Shown: positions 42,101 through 57,900 of the stretch, piece by piece
How the letters are laid out: each line of letters opens with the position of its first letter
How positions within the stretch are numbered: the stretch's first letter is position 1
Source of the DNA: Antedon mediterranea
Lineage: Eukaryota > Animalia > Echinodermata
Direction of reading: 5' to 3'
Length of the DNA stretch: 64,000 nucleotides
NCBI RefSeq assembly: GCF_964355755.1
Contig: NC_092678.1
Coordinates: 15,092,371-15,156,370 of the forward strand
Notes under the pieces: generated by a model
Databases searched by the model: none
What the model was told of the DNA's origin: nothing
The model's input: only the letters and a program-made list of their open reading frames with translations
Program-made: the position numbers and the translations under genes

Positions 42101-45100
42101 TTTTCATTCAAATCCCAAGTTCTCTACAAAAACAAAGTGAAAGCTACTCACAATATAAGCACCACACTACCATGAAAGGGCTTCTTGGTGTTGATCCTAA
42201 GGGAGGGGTTATCTTTGTTTCACAATTATTTGAGGGGTCAATCAGTGACAAAGAACTCGTCAATAGAAGTGGGTTCCTAAATGTTTTAAAGGCAAAAATT
42301 AATTGCGGTGTAATTCATAAAGGTGACACTGTTATGGCTGATCGTGGTTTTCTTATTGAGGATGAACTAAGGGCTATGGGTTTAAAGTTAAATTCACCAC
42401 CTTTCCTGAGGGAGAAGGGTAACTTCAACGTACATGACGTAATTAAAATCCAGACTGTAGCAAAACATCGCATTCACATTGAAAGGGCTATTGGAAAAAT
42501 AAAACGTTCATGATTTTCAAATCAACACTTCCAGTAGCAATGTTTGGCACATTAAACCAAATTTGGACTGTTGTTTGTCTGTTGTCAAACTTTCAGAACC
42601 CTATCCTGACAAATGAAGATAATGAAAACGTAGATAATGAAAATGTAGATTTTGAAGCAGCGACAAGTAGTAGGGCAAATTAGCAATGTGGCAAGTACAT
42701 ACTGCCCTTAAGTATTAATATACAGTATTGCAATACAACAGAAATAATTATACAGAGAGATTACAAAACTTTATATTTAGTTTTCACCTTGTTTTTTTTA
42801 TATTAAACATGAAAGTTCTTTTATATTTAACACTGTAAATAACATTGTGTATCATTCAGCTTGAAACTTATCAGTATATTCATTTTTATACATTATAATA
42901 CATAAGAAAAAATGGTGCTTTCTCTGTAATATTGATTACAAAACTTTATATTTAACACTGTAAATAACATTGTGTATCATTTGGTTGCACAATAACCAAG
43001 TACTGTGTACTTAGTTCAGCTTGAAACTTATCAGTATTTATTTTTATACATTATAATTTACATAAGAAAAAATGGTGCTTTCTGTGTAATATTGATTACA
43101 AAACTTTATATTTAATTTTCACCTTGTTTTTTTAAATGCAACACTGTAAATAACATATAATATGCAATACATAAGAAAAAATAGTGCTTTCGAACTGTAT
43201 AATACTGATTACAAACTTGGTTTAATAAATGTTTTTTATACACTTTAATTTTATATAAACTTTTTATTTACATAGTTTACTTCAACAAACATCTTACATT
43301 CGTTTTAGATAAGGAATAGAATGCTTGTAAAATTTGTTTAATTTAAGAAGGAGACTGTTCCAATATTGTTCATTGAACTTAACTCTCAAAACTGCCATTT
43401 GTCTAGAATCTGACAAATACACAACAAAATCACACCAGGTCAAACCTGTGATCGCCATTTGCCCTTGTATTTGTTCATAATAACCCATTTTATGTTTTTG
43501 TTTCAACTCCAGCTTGCCATCAACCCGATTGATATAAAAGTCACCATCGCTTATAGCATCTTCTATTGTTTGGCTTTTTTTAGTAAGTGGGCATTTAATT
43601 TCCACAAGTCCATAGCAGGGATTAGAAGAAGGGTCATATACTTTGCCATCTGGTGTAGCACCAAGGTGTGGTAAATCTGGATTAATCACCAGTCCACTAT
43701 CGTAAACCATGAAGTTATTAACCCGTTTTGCAGACTCTGTTGCATATATTTTTAATGCTGGTTTTTCATTTGCACTTCCATGGCTAACAGACCGGATATG
43801 TCCAATATTTTTGCTATTAAATATAGCCTTATAAAACGATACATTAGCACCTTTCACACGACTGTTGATTTTACCAAATTTTGACGATGTCAATCGCAAT
43901 TTTCTCTGTTCTCTCCATTCATTAGAGTTTGATTGCAAAACAGTTTGCCTTTCTATGGCTCTCGCATTTTCGAGATCAACGGCTATCTGACCTAACCACT
44001 CCTTATCCATATCCTGAAAATTATAACGTCCACAACCCATTGGTAAATCTGGAAAACCTTTACATTCTGTTATGAGTATGAGAGGCCCAGGATCCTTAGA
44101 GAAAAACATGGTCACTCTTTGTTTTCCCGCATCTGTTGCCAGTTGATAGGAAAGGCAAGAGCCTAGCGGCACACTTCCTAGTGGTGTTTCATAAGATACT
44201 GATGGTTCCTGATCAGTTAGTAAATAGGAAAATGGTGGCGGAGAAATTTCATCGCAATTTTCTCTCATTCTTGTAATCGCAGGAATAACTCCTATTTTAT
44301 CAAAGGTTTCCTTTAAATATTTTCGTCGTGGGTCATAAAGTTTACAAAAAACAGGTAGCCTTTTTCTACCATGCCTGTCAGTTTCTGCATTTGCATAATG
44401 TGTACCCATTACAGGCAAAGGAATGATTGGGTCCTGCCTAGGTATATTCCACTCTTGTGGTTTACTTGTGCACGAAATATCCGACGGAATTTCACTCAAG
44501 CCATCTGAACTGTAGTGTAGTCCAAAAACTGATAAATTATGGCCAGTACGTGATTACACAGCCCTCCTGACCCTGCAACACAAGAGCAATGAGCTTCTCT
44601 AAGTTGTGCTCTCCCTTCAAAACTAAAAAAGCATATGTTGCTACAATGTGGGCTTTGTCGTTTTCTTTGGCTGCGATAGCAATATGCCTGTATAACATAA
44701 TCTGTGCCTTGGCCATCCGTCCTAGGCACATGGGCAATAACCCCACCGTGTACGTATTTTTCCTTAAAAAAAGTCCACGATTTACCGTCGGTCTCCTTTA
44801 CCCCTTTTGAAATCCAATCTGCCATAGTAAGCGGAGTGAATTTGGGAACATTTATCAATGATTTTTTTAAATTTAACTCACGTGTAAATACACAAATACA
44901 ACAAGAATTATGAGCGTTACAGCAACAACATTGGTTAGACGACGCCATGATTCACGTGTATAAACATAAGAAATGTGCCGCCCTCAACGGTTTGTTATGA
45001 TTTCATACCCACTCGGATTTTAGACGTCGGTTCGCCATTTCTCTCTATTGTTTGAGTTACTTTACTTTATCACAAGTATTTATATTTGTTTAAAGAATTG

Positions 45101-48100
45101 ATAAACTCTGTGTCAGGAATAGTCACCATGTTATGTGAATGTTTAAAACACTGTCACTACACAGTAATACAGATACAGGTTAAATTTAATTTCGTCTGTC
45201 TCATAAATTAAAAAAAAACAGCTTTTTATACGATTTTAATTTTTTTTTAATTGCATTATTTGCACAGATTCTGAGCTCACCAAGAAAATGCGTGAAAATG
45301 CGTTAGCAAAAAGAGTTGATAACGAGTTAAAAAAAGGTAGGTAGGCCTACAGCAAAACCAATGAAAGCGTGTTTATATAAGATAATAAAAAAAAGTCGAA
45401 TCATACATTTTAAAATACTAAAAACATGACATTAAACATACCATCTAGGTCGTGCCCACAGATTGTTCTCGAATACATACTAATTTCAGCGTAAAAAAAC
45501 TGGTGATTTCAAATGTACGTACAGCAGTACTTTAAAACATTGTCGTTTACAGAAACAAATAAATAGACACAATTATTTATGAAGTCAACCAAAATTAGCA
45601 CCCTGGAAATTACTTTCAAAATGAGTCCAAATTTTTGATTTGGACTCATTTAAACAAATCCAATTTGTGTTTTGTATCTAATATTAGAATTGAGGGTTGG
45701 GGATGAGGAGAGGTACAAAGAGGAACAATTTTTTAAATAATATTAATAATAATAATAATGGAAATTTGTAATATATTCTTTATATTATATTATTCTTTAG
45801 ATTTCTTTATTATCCACTCAGTAACGAAATATTTTTGTATAGGCTTATAATAATATACCACTAAATAGATTAAAACATTTCCGATTTAATACTTTGTTAA
45901 AACTGTCACTGTCATAGTCGATTGAAATAGTAAAGTACATGTAACGATATACCACTACGACGTTTATATTTTTTGTAATTATTAATTAATACAAACGTTG
46001 AAAAGCAACTGTCAGTAATGAAGTATTATATTATTATGTGTTTATAATCTAAAAGTAGGTGTTACCCACACTCACAGTAAAAAGGTTTATTAGTATATTT
46101 GTTTATATTATATCTAACAGTACCTACTGTACACTCACTATAAGAAATTTTCGATTCAAATGGGGATCAAAAGTGGTTAATACCTATTTATTAGTAGTGT
46201 ATAGCATTACAATAATATTTATGTTTATTCTCCATGGGCCCATAAATTTACCTACTTGGACGTGTTAAACCACGGAGGTATGCATCCATAGTTAAACCAA
46301 ATAATGTGGAATGTTCCATTCATTGCAAATCAATACATTTTTATAAACGTATATTAAATGTATCAAAATAGCATTTTTTAAAGAAAATCGGCCTGTCTTC
46401 AACATTATGATGCTGTACACGAACTGTTAAACCGGTTTTCAGCTATTAAAAACAATTATCGTAGGAGGAGATAGGAAAATGCGAAGCGTCCTCGTATTAT
46501 TGTGTGCGGGTATTTTTCAAATTGACATCCATTAGACAGTGTATATCGGAAAACACCCCTATTTGGGGCAAATCGTTGAACCTAAATTTGTTTTAATCGT
46601 CAATAACTAACTACCGAACACAATTTAATTAGTAAACAGGGTTACATCAGGTGGTTAAAATCAGTACCGAAAGTACGAACCAACTTCATATGCCATCGAG
46701 TAATTAGGATACAACGTTTTCAGTTGCTGTCTAATGTACACATATTTAAGGTGTTTTTATACACAAGATACAAAATTGTATATATCGACGTATATAAAAA
46801 AAATTAGTTCATCTGAGGATTGTTGGATTCTCTCTGTGTAGCCAGATGTTCTAGAACAATGAATAACTGTATTTAAATACCGATAAAGTGGATATAAATA
46901 AATGCACCATGCAATATAATAGCTTCACAATGATGATGGGTAATGTTTCTGGAACATGTTTGTAGGTCGACAACCATCCGTAACTATCAGCTTTAAACTA
47001 TTTCAAACGAGTTGTTTTATTTTCATTTTAAAACTCTTTTTGAAATTTTGAATTATTGAATCACTCAAAAAATATGATTTTATTTCATTCTTGTTAGAAC
47101 AATGTGTTCTCTCGATTTCGTTTTCTCTTTTTTCTTAACATCATTTTGTTTCCTAAAATTGTTATTTTCGTGACCTCAACACTATTCTATTTATTAAAAA
47201 AATGTAATTCCTCCATCGAAATCATGTCTTTCTTTCTAATTTACATTTGAAGAAAAAAAAACCATAGGCATACGTAAATACACCGGACAGCAGTTCAAAT
47301 GATTTTTGTTTATATTGTGTTTTTATTTATGTTATCATGTTATCAAGATTTTGTAAGAAGTAAAACCAGAAGTGTTGATTCAGAGAGTATTCCAAATGAA
47401 ATAACTAGCATATGGGACTACGCTGGTCAACTGGACTACTATATAACACACAGGGTATGCTAATCAAAATGTTATTTAAAAAATACAATATAAACAATAT
47501 AATACAGTATATAAACATGATGTACATTCAATTTAAAATTATCCCTAAAATGAATAGGTAGGCGTAATTTAGATATTACCCTTACCGTAATTGTATATTA
47601 CATACCAACCTATTAAATTAAAAATTATATGCGGTGATGGCTATCTATATTAACATTTTCTGCGATAACGTAATCATCCCCTTACAGTTTCAGTATAAAT
47701 AATTCTTCATTATTGTATTATAACAATGCTGCTATATACATATTACGTTACGTAAATCTTGATGTAGGCCTAAATATTTTTCAAAGCGTAGTTTGCCTTG
47801 TTTGAACTGCAATGAAACGATTATAATATGTATCATTTTAACATTAATCAGTTTACATACTCGTCACAGAATGCAATATTTCCGATAGCATTGCGTCGAT
47901 ATGATATAATGATATTGTCACATATACCTAAATTAAAATATATATAAATTCAACGCCAAACATATGCGAATGATGTTCAGTAGGAAAATTAAAGAAGAAA
48001 ATAATGAATAGTCTATTAGATGGCAGATCACCAATCAACCATTCGTGTTCATAATTATTACATGTCAGGTATAATTATTCTAATTGTCATTTTGGGGATT

Positions 48101-51100
48101 GGAGCATTCTCCAATTAAATTTTAATCCTAATCGGTCCCCATAGTTGTCAAAAATGTCATATACCACAATGCACCTACCATAAACAAGATTTTGTAGTAA
48201 CAAGGCCATATACATGGCTGCAGTCTCGTGCTCAAGTTAGTGTCTACCGACCAACCGTCCGACCGCCCAACCGGCCGACATAGTGAGCTGTAGAGTCGCG
48301 TTGCACGATACTAAAAATGTCCAATAAAAAGAGAATTAAAAACAATGTACACAACCTACATGTGTATAGTATTAGTAGTATTAACCACAAATTGCGCTCC
48401 ATGCAAGTTGAGAATGCTCCAACCGGCCAAAATGAGGTTCAACAAATTATTATATCCTATACATCAATTATCTGTGTTTTGTTCAGTTTTTCCTCACAAA
48501 TACAGTATCGTACTGCGTTGCGTTTAGTGCGTTGGATAAATTAGACGAACTAGCTAAAAGACGAGATCCAGCTTTGGTAAGCTCACCAAGTTATATTATG
48601 CTTATTATATTAAAATGTAATATTAATAGTTTAATATAATATACGCTGGCTATATATAATAGAGTATATATCATTTAAAAATCTATTTTACATTTCAATT
48701 CAGGGTCCGTTAGGAATGACTAATTTAGACATAATTCTGTTCTGGGTAAGGTCAGTATATGAACATACTGTGGTACAACATGCTTCAGGAAACACCATTT
48801 CAATTGATGGCAAAGTGATAAAATCGCCTCCCATCAGTTTGGTTGCTACTCATATAGACAAATTGCCAGGAACAAAATCAGAAAAGCTGAAAGAGGTAAT
48901 AGCCATAATAAAATAATGAAATATACAGATTTATGAATATATATTGATTATTTCGGTCTATTAATTTATAGCAGTGTTTACTGAAGTAGCAGTATGTAAA
49001 AACATAATTAATATAATATGAAGAGCAATGGTCATAACGTTGAGTATTACAAGATACACAGATAAGATGTATAATATAATAAATATTACACTATTATCAA
49101 AAATAATATTCCTGGGGTTGTTTTTTTCGGGAGAATCACAAATGTTGTATACATTTATGAGTTCTTAGAAATCATCAATATATACTGTTATGCGTTTGGG
49201 TAACGGTTTCCCAAGAAAATGGAAATAATCAGCACACATCTATCACATCAAATAATGATATCAGGAAAAAAAGTGTGTAATTAAGAGACTGATTAGTACC
49301 AAGATTAGTGCTTCAACAAACAACAACGTGTATAATGATAACGCTAAGAAAATTATAGGTGTTTCAATGAATGTTTTGTGTTGCAAGCTATGCACCAAAA
49401 TGACACTAAGATACGTCTGAAACAATAATACACATACATCACATATACATTGAAATCAACATCAAATCCGAGAAAAAATAGCCCTATATAATATAAACTG
49501 TGTAAGAGGGTGTAGGCGGGAGGTTAGATTGAATGTCTTACTTACAAAATTTGGAGGTCTGAACCTCGTTGCGACCAAATTGAAGAGGTTGAAATTAGGC
49601 CCTCTCTAGTTTCAAAATAGAATTGTGTTCGACTGACACTATTCATATTTGTATTTTCCGAATTTGCACTTATGCACTTATCAACATGTTCTTAGACTCA
49701 TCAACTTTATAACAATTCCAGTTAAGCCAACAATGTTTCCTTATAGCTTGAATAGTGTTTGTCCGCAAATATCTCTTTCTCACAAAGTGTTTCAATTCAA
49801 TCGTAGGCCTAATGAACCAGTGTATGCTTATTTAAAATGAATCACGATACCATACTGTATTCGCCCACCACAACCAAACGGTTGCATTAAAGGCCTTGTG
49901 CGGGCTAAACATTTATATTGGTCATACATTCCAATAATTATCGATCTATAGTTTCCCCTATGTTTCATAATTTTTGGGATTTTATTTGTGTTACACAAGC
50001 TTGTTAAAAATAAGCACTTTCATATCAGTGGGGGGATAGTTCAAATTTCACAGTAAAATCTCTATTCTTTTGTACACACATTTTGTAAATAGAGAGGCAT
50101 TTTAAAAAGCTATGAAAAATAAATGGTGTGGTAAAAAATGTTATCAGATGACTAAATATTTTTAATTTAACTTGAATATTACATTTCTGATATTTTTATT
50201 CAACTTATGATTTTTATTTTCATGCTATAGCAAAAATTATCCACTGTATATCCATCATCTTTTTTCGCCGTCTAGGGAGTCACCAGACATGTTATTACAT
50301 TAGGTTAACTACCTAACTACTGGAAAAAGGTCTTCCTGGTTTGTATGGAAGAATTTTGCCAAATTTTGTATTTGACCATACTAAGGGAAATTCATGTTTT
50401 TTGTCTCGATTTCTGTTACAAATATTTGATTTATGTACAAATAACCAAATATTATATTTAAAATTCATGCCTGTACCTGAGCTTTAAGATAAATGTAGAG
50501 TTTATTTTAGTATTGACACGACCGTGGTTGTAGGCATAGTATGTATCGACATAGGACATCTCACGTAATATCAGTTATCTAGCTTCGTATCATCTGGACC
50601 GCTAGGCATATACTGTACATTAAAAATAGTATTCCACTGAAACAACATTAAACATTGAATCTTATAAATTTTACAAACTTTAGCAGTAAGCATAGTTGGC
50701 AACATTAAACACAAACTGTAATTATATTACAGTTAAAACGTATTAATTATTTTAGAAACACAGACTGTAGTATTAATGCATGTACTGTTATTATTTGAAG
50801 GTTCAAAATATGTATAAGACCATTTTTGCTACAATGGAAAGAATGGAATATGCCGAACATGTAGATCGTGAAATGTACATGGTCAACAACACGGTGAAAA
50901 AACACGAAGGTATTGAGAAACTTAAGAGAAACGTTGTTAGATACATGGATGTAATAGGGACGAAGGTCATTCCTCTAAAGTGGCTTGATTTTCAGGACAG
51001 ATTGCAAGCAATTGGAAAAACAAGACTGTGCATTTCATTTAATGAGGTAAACCTTGATTGTGCTTTCATGGTATAATAGCAATATCTATTTCTATGCAAT

Positions 51101-51923
51101 TTCTACGTATGTGTGATAGCATTTATTGTGTGCACAAAATATTTGAGCTTAGTTAGATGCATCTAACATGAGCTTTACATATAAACAACAATAAAATAAA
51201 TAACAATATCCAATGAAAAGGATTATAATTGAATGTCGGTTTTCTTTTGATCTACCATTTCCCTCTTGGTGAGTTCATTCTTATTGAAATCACGTGTTCG
51301 TTCAAGAATAGTCGGACTCGAAGACAACGTCACAATACCAACAGTTTGTTAGATGATAGTGTATCATTTTGTAACGGCTAACTGAAAACACAAGTATTTG
51401 AGAGATTTGCAATTACTCTAAAAGACACTGTAGAAAAAAACAGTGTAGTTTATTAGTATGATAGTATAACTATTTTTCTCGGTTCTTATTATTTATTTAA
51501 AAACCTAATTTTGAATACGTGATTGTTTACTTATTGTATAGGCTTTGCCAAATACACTCCTTAATTGTATCACATTTGAAAGAAAATCTCTACCGCATTA
51601 ATGATATTGTACCACGTATCAAATTAATAGCTAAATATGTCGATTTTGTATGTTTTAATTTTTAATTCGATTGTTTTAAAGGAAATTTAAAGTAATAAAT
51701 TATAGTTTATACACAGCACAAGTACTTTCTTTTAACTAAGGATGTGGTATATAAATGTGGGTAGATTTCAGAGTTATAGAAGTTTTAGGATGAATGGTTT
51801 TGTTTTTAAATGGTAATTAAAAAGTGAATGTTATTCAAGGGAGGCACTTTATCAAAGTTCCAACCACATTTATTATTGACATTTTATTTCTGTAGACCAA
51901 CGGGTATATGAATGTATGGAACC

Positions 51924-51968
<45 letters not shown>

Positions 51969-54900
51969 CTGATTGATTGATGATTGATTGATGCATACTA
52001 GCACACTTCATTGTTAAATTAGCCGTTCAATAGTTTTACAAACTTTTCAATCTACCCACCCAGCCATCCCCCGGCATCATCCAACACCTAACTTCAACAC
52101 AGGCGCAACTCATATGTTACTCATTTTATTCGCTCATTTGGCTGGTTTAATTCTGGTGAATTATTTTGCCCTCAAATTCCACAATTTATCTCACTTACAT
52201 CTTTACCGATAAATACTGAATAACAACCATTTGATTTACTGGCTCCTGTGACCACACACTGGACCTTTAATACAGCGATTTCATATGAGTGGTAGCCCCC
52301 AAGAGGCCAAAATGTAGTTTATTATTAAGCTATAGTAGTACTTCGTTAGCCTCCGAGCTTTAATACACCAGACACTAATTGTATCAAAGTAAAACATTTA
52401 CGCCATCCTAATAACACAATAAATTATCCATTGTTTTTGCGAACAAAATTAAAAATATACAAATAATACATCAAAACACAATGCTGTTACCTTAACCAGC
52501 TTACACGTGACAACCAAATATCAACGAATCATTATACATTCAAATACAGAAATGTATACAATATGAGCCGTATCTAAAACTATAAACTAATTAACTAACT
52601 AATGCTTAAATCAATATAATCTAATGATACTGTTAAAATAAGCCTTGTAGGTTATTATTATTATTATATAATAATATTTTTCCCTTATTTGCATTATAAC
52701 ATTTAATAACATAATATGCATTGTAGTAATTGGAAGTGTAGGCCTAATTACATTATGAATACAATTGTAGTTTGTTATCACAAAGTTTATATTACTCGCT
52801 TACATGTTATAGCATGTTGCAAGGATAAGCTACTAACTGCATGAGACCTGTATACCTACCTGGATAGTGAACGTATCGGTTGCATTAAATATAGGTACAC
52901 TTTTGTTATTTATTCTAACTAAACATCTACAATGGCCAACGTTGAAAACAAAGAGCCAAATATTTCTAATTTTAATATTAGCGCCGCTGAACCGAACACC
53001 TGGCTGTCGACTCTCATCAAGTCAATCATGGGCTGCAAAACCATTGCTGATATTAAATCAACATTATGCGACGCAGTCACCAAGATTGTCTCCTTGGAAA
53101 AAGGCATTACCATCCTCAATCTTGAAATCACCGGTTTACAAAAAGAACTGAGGAATTTGCACGCCGATAAGCAGGAAAATTCTGATTTCATGGATGTTAA
53201 GCTGAAGGATATTGCCGAGGATACGCAGCAATCCACTACGGAATGCATAGAAGAGATACGCGACAAAATCGACAACCTAGAAGGACGTCAACGCCGTAAC
53301 AATCTGAGGTTTACTGGCATACCCGAACAAGCGGAGGATAGCGAAGGTACTGTTAATTTCCTTTCCTCATTTATTTCCAATACCACCGGCATCTAAATCG
53401 CTAATGATGATATACAACGAGCCCATCGAGTTGGACCACGTAATACCACCAGGAATAAACCGAGACCACTTGTTGCATACTTTCTCAGATATTCCACTAA
53501 AGAATGAGTACGCAATGCAGCTCCAAAAGTGAGACCTAAATTTAAAGATAATAACATCTACGTAAATGATGATTTTACCAGCAGAGTGATAAGTAGAAGA
53601 ATGGCATTATACTCATCGATGAAATACCTGCATTCCAACAAAGTAAAGGCCTGGCTCCACCTTGACAAATTGCGTTACATAGATACAAATGGTTATGTTC
53701 GCACATTCATCGACATGGATCATCTTGCCAAATACTACCCGAACCTCAAGGAAGCACATGAGTACTGAGTAATTCTAGTCGTTGCAATAATTAACTTTAC
53801 TTTGACTCTACTTACCGTCAACCGAAATATTACCTATAATAAATTTTTATTTCAAGAATTGTTTATTTTGCTTCTCATTAATTATGTATTAATGTATACA
53901 GTCTCATGCATGCTTATTGCTGTATTTCTTTTTTAGATAACGTTATACGCAGCTATTGTTAATGAATGTTAATTATCTTCACTTACTTCCTTTTTATGAC
54001 TTTAATGTGAACTCTGAACTTACTAACAACAATGATATTTCTAACATAACCTTTAATCCAGTTAATTACAATGAAAATGACAAATATGATGAATCTTTTG
54101 ATCAACTAATTAATAATCTCAATTCACAGTCAGTTACCCTAGATGAATGCAGCTTTTATGATTATTCACAATTTACTTCTAAGTTTAATACATCCTTTAA
54201 TACTAAACTATCTCTCCTGCATCTTAATATTAGAAGTATTACGCATACAGTTAATGATCTCGAATGCCTTTTGAATTCAATTAATAACAAATTTTCCATA
54301 ATCGGTATCAGTGAAACATGGCTTAATGAAAACTCCCCTATTCCTTTCATTAATAACTACTCCTTCTTTGCAAGCAATAGAAGCAATAATCAAATTGGCG
54401 GAGGAGTTGCATTTTTTATACGTAATGATATTAGCATTACAATTCGAAATGACTTAAAATTACCAGACGACCTTTCCGAATCACTTTTTGTTGAGATTGA
54501 AAATTCAAAGACAAAAAATGATATTATAGGCATTATTTACAGAGCCCCCTGTGGAGGGCTAGATTCTTTTACTAAATCCGTCGATAATGTATTAACCCAA
54601 ATTAACAATGAAAACAAAAATTGTCATCTCATGGGAGACTTCAATATTGATTTATTAAAATTCAATAACCATAAATTAACAAACACCTATCTAAATACTT
54701 TAATTTCCCATTCTTTTTTTCCAACTATTTCAAAACCAACTAGGATTACCTCAACTTCGGCCACCTTGATTGATAATTTTTATTCCAAACAATCTAACTA
54801 TAAAATAGTTGCTGGTGTTTTACTTAATGATATCTCCGACCACCTTCCTATATTTCAGTTCATTGATCAAGAAAATAATGATCAAAACCTTGATGATAAT

Positions 54901-57900
54901 AGCGCCAACTATTCATTTCGTATAAACGACCTAAATGCCTTATCGATTGATTTAGAAGGTGAAGACTGGTCTATGATATTTGATTGTGCCCCAAGATTGA
55001 GTTTTGAAAAATTTACAAATATCCACTCCAGACACTTGGTTAAAAGTAGTATAAAATCAAATAAAACGTTTAAACAACCATGGATGTCATCTGCTCTCTT
55101 AAAATGTAGTTCTCGGAAACATAAACTTTATAAGAAATATATGCACACACGTAGTAATAATGACAAACTAAACTATACAAAATATAATAATATTTTCACT
55201 AATCTTTGTCGCACTGCTAAAAAGAATTATTATACTTCCCAGTTTGATAGATATAAAGGTAATCTGAAGAACACATGGCTTGTAATAAATTCTGTTTTAA
55301 ATAAAGGTAATAATAATAACAAGCACCCGAATCTAATTAAAGACGGTGATAATATTTACAAAACTCAAAAAGAGATATGTGAATCGTTTAACAACTATTT
55401 TTCTACAATTGGTCCTAATCTTATTAATAGTATGCCAACTAATATAACTGATCCATTATCTTATCTTCATTCTGCGTTTGCCAACTCGTTTTATATTAGC
55501 CCAGTTTCAATTGATGATGTTAACCTAACTATATACAATCTAGATTCTAATAAAGGGTCTGGATCTGACGGTTTTACTGCTCGTGTCTTAAAATCTGTAT
55601 CTCCCTTAAGCATCCACCAACTTACCCATTGTATAAATTCATCTTTTTTATCTGGCACTTTTCCAACACACTTAAAACTAGCTAAAGTTGTGCCCATTTT
55701 CAAGAAAGGTGAACGAAGTCAATTATCTAATTACCGGCCAATATCACTACTTTCAGTGTTTTCCAAAATTATTGAAAAACTCATGTATTCTAAACTTTCT
55801 GATTATCTCACAAAATTTGATATACTTAATAAACGCCAATATGGTTTTCGAAAAAATCACTCTACATCCCATGCCGTTTTAGATCTTATTAATACTATTA
55901 CAAATTCATTTGAATCAAAAGAAAAATGTATTAAGTTTATTTATTGATCTTTCAAAGGCCTTCGATGTTATTAATCACGATAATTTAATTAAAAAACTTG
56001 AGTGCTATGGAATTAGAGGTATTTCATTGAATTGGTTTAATAGTTATTTGTAAGATAGAAAACAATATGTTGCATTAGGATCTTGTACATCGTCGACGAT
56101 GGATATTACTTGCGGAGTGCCACAGGGATCTGTGCTTGGGCCATTGCTCTTCCTTATTTATGTTAATAATCTGGCTAATGTCAGTAACAAAATGCAAGTA
56201 ATATCCTTCGCCGACGACACCACCTTATTTTACTCTAATTCCAATATTGATTTATTATTTACTACATTCAATGATGAATTAACAAAATTGTGTGACTGGT
56301 TTATTTCAAACAAATTAATTATTAATACTCTTAAAACAAATTATTAATTTTTCACAATTCTCAACGTAAACTAAAAGTTGATGACCTAAATATACTTCTT
56401 GACGGAATTCATATTGAACGCAAAACTGCAACACTTTTTTTAGGTGTATATATTCATGAAAACCTCAAATGGAAAAGTCATCAAAATTACGTTTCGAAAA
56501 AAATATCAAGATCTATTAGTATTATTAACAGACTTAAGCACTTCTTCCCTCTAAATATTTTAATTTCTCTTTATAACGCATTTGTACTTGTTTGGGCTGC
56601 AGATTACTCTTCTAATATTGCTAGATTAACTAAATTACAAAAACGTGCAGCTAGAATTATTACTTTTTCACCATATAGAACCTCATCTGAACCCCTTTTT
56701 AAACGTCTTGGTATACTAAAATTAACGGATATCCACAATGTTCAAGTTGCCAGTTTTATGTTTAATTATTTTAAAAACCAACTTCCTATTTCTATGATTG
56801 ATATGCTCTGTAAACGTATCAAATTTCACAATTACAATTTAAGAACTTCTCATTTAAACATTCCTTTTGCTAGACTTACTAAAACTAAATTTTTTATAAC
56901 TATATCAGGTCCTAATTTGTGGAATCATATCCCACCAAATATCAAAAGGTCAATATCATTATTTACTTTCCGAAAAAAGTTAAAGAATCATTATATATCT
57001 AAATATTATACTGCTTAGTTAATATGCTTATTATCATTATTTATACTCATATACTATTTATGTTTACACAAAATATTAGTTGTTGTTTATTATTGCAATC
57101 TTTAATCTATACTATATATAATGTATATATAGTATATACTATATATATACTGGAATTATAATTTATGTATACATATTTTTTTTTTCATTTACCAATATCG
57201 GTAGTTATTTCATTTATAATTATCATGAAACTATTGAAATATAATTTAAATAATTTTTATAAAGAAGATGTTAGTTACGTTATTATACTGTAATTTTTTA
57301 TCCTAAATTATATAATTATATATTCTAGGTTATTTTTATTTTTTTAGTAATGTGTTTTGTTGTGGGTCCCTACGAGACAAGTTTTTAACTTCTAGAAGGG
57401 ATCCATGATAATAATGACTACCAATTACTGCTTTATCTATGTTCACTTTAATATCTTTTTTCTATTTTGTATATATTCATTCATTATTATCTAAATAAAT
57501 ATTATCTGCAGAAGATTTACTTATTCGTCAATATATTGGTAAAAAAATCGTTTTACTAAAATGCTCATTTTTTATTAGGCTTCTCGAATTTGCAATGACT
57601 GTGGAATTGCCGAAGAAGCGATCATCGTTGCCATAAGGTATATGAATGACATTGGAAAGATTATGTATTCCAATAAAGACGAAAAATTAAGGAACACAGT
57701 AATAACTAATCTTCACACGATGATACAGATGTTGACAACTGTGATCACAGTATTTCCACCACATATTGAAGATGTAAGTAGACAAATCATAATAATTATC
57801 ATAGTATTAGAATGAGAAAAAAAATAGATAAAATGTAATTTCTATTTTGCTGACAACTGGAGTCTTCAATTGTGAAGCAATTTGTAGTAATTATTGTGTA

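Larger units (their letters stand above)
40349..45046. mobile_element. ISL2EU-type (PIF/Harbinger-related, PHIS group) DNA transposon, full length
   Basis: TIR AGAGAGAAATGGCGAACCG / CGGTTCGCCATTTCTCTCT, AT TSD on both sides, extended imperfect subterminal IR (CCGAGTGGGTAT), convergent transposase and YqaJ genes. Confidence 0.9.
51966..57500 (+). mobile_element. Decayed near-full-length LINE of the CR1/L2 group (Crack-like); ends approximate
   Basis: L1-type ORF1, APE+RT ORF2, 3' stem-loop GGTCCCT...AGGGATCC near 57365-57404, AAAT-type tail. Confidence 0.8.

Noticed and set aside
43294-44499. Phage or viral recombinase, or horizontal transfer
   Set aside because: YqaJ lies inside TIRs opposite a THAP-DDE transposase, the normal ISL2EU arrangement
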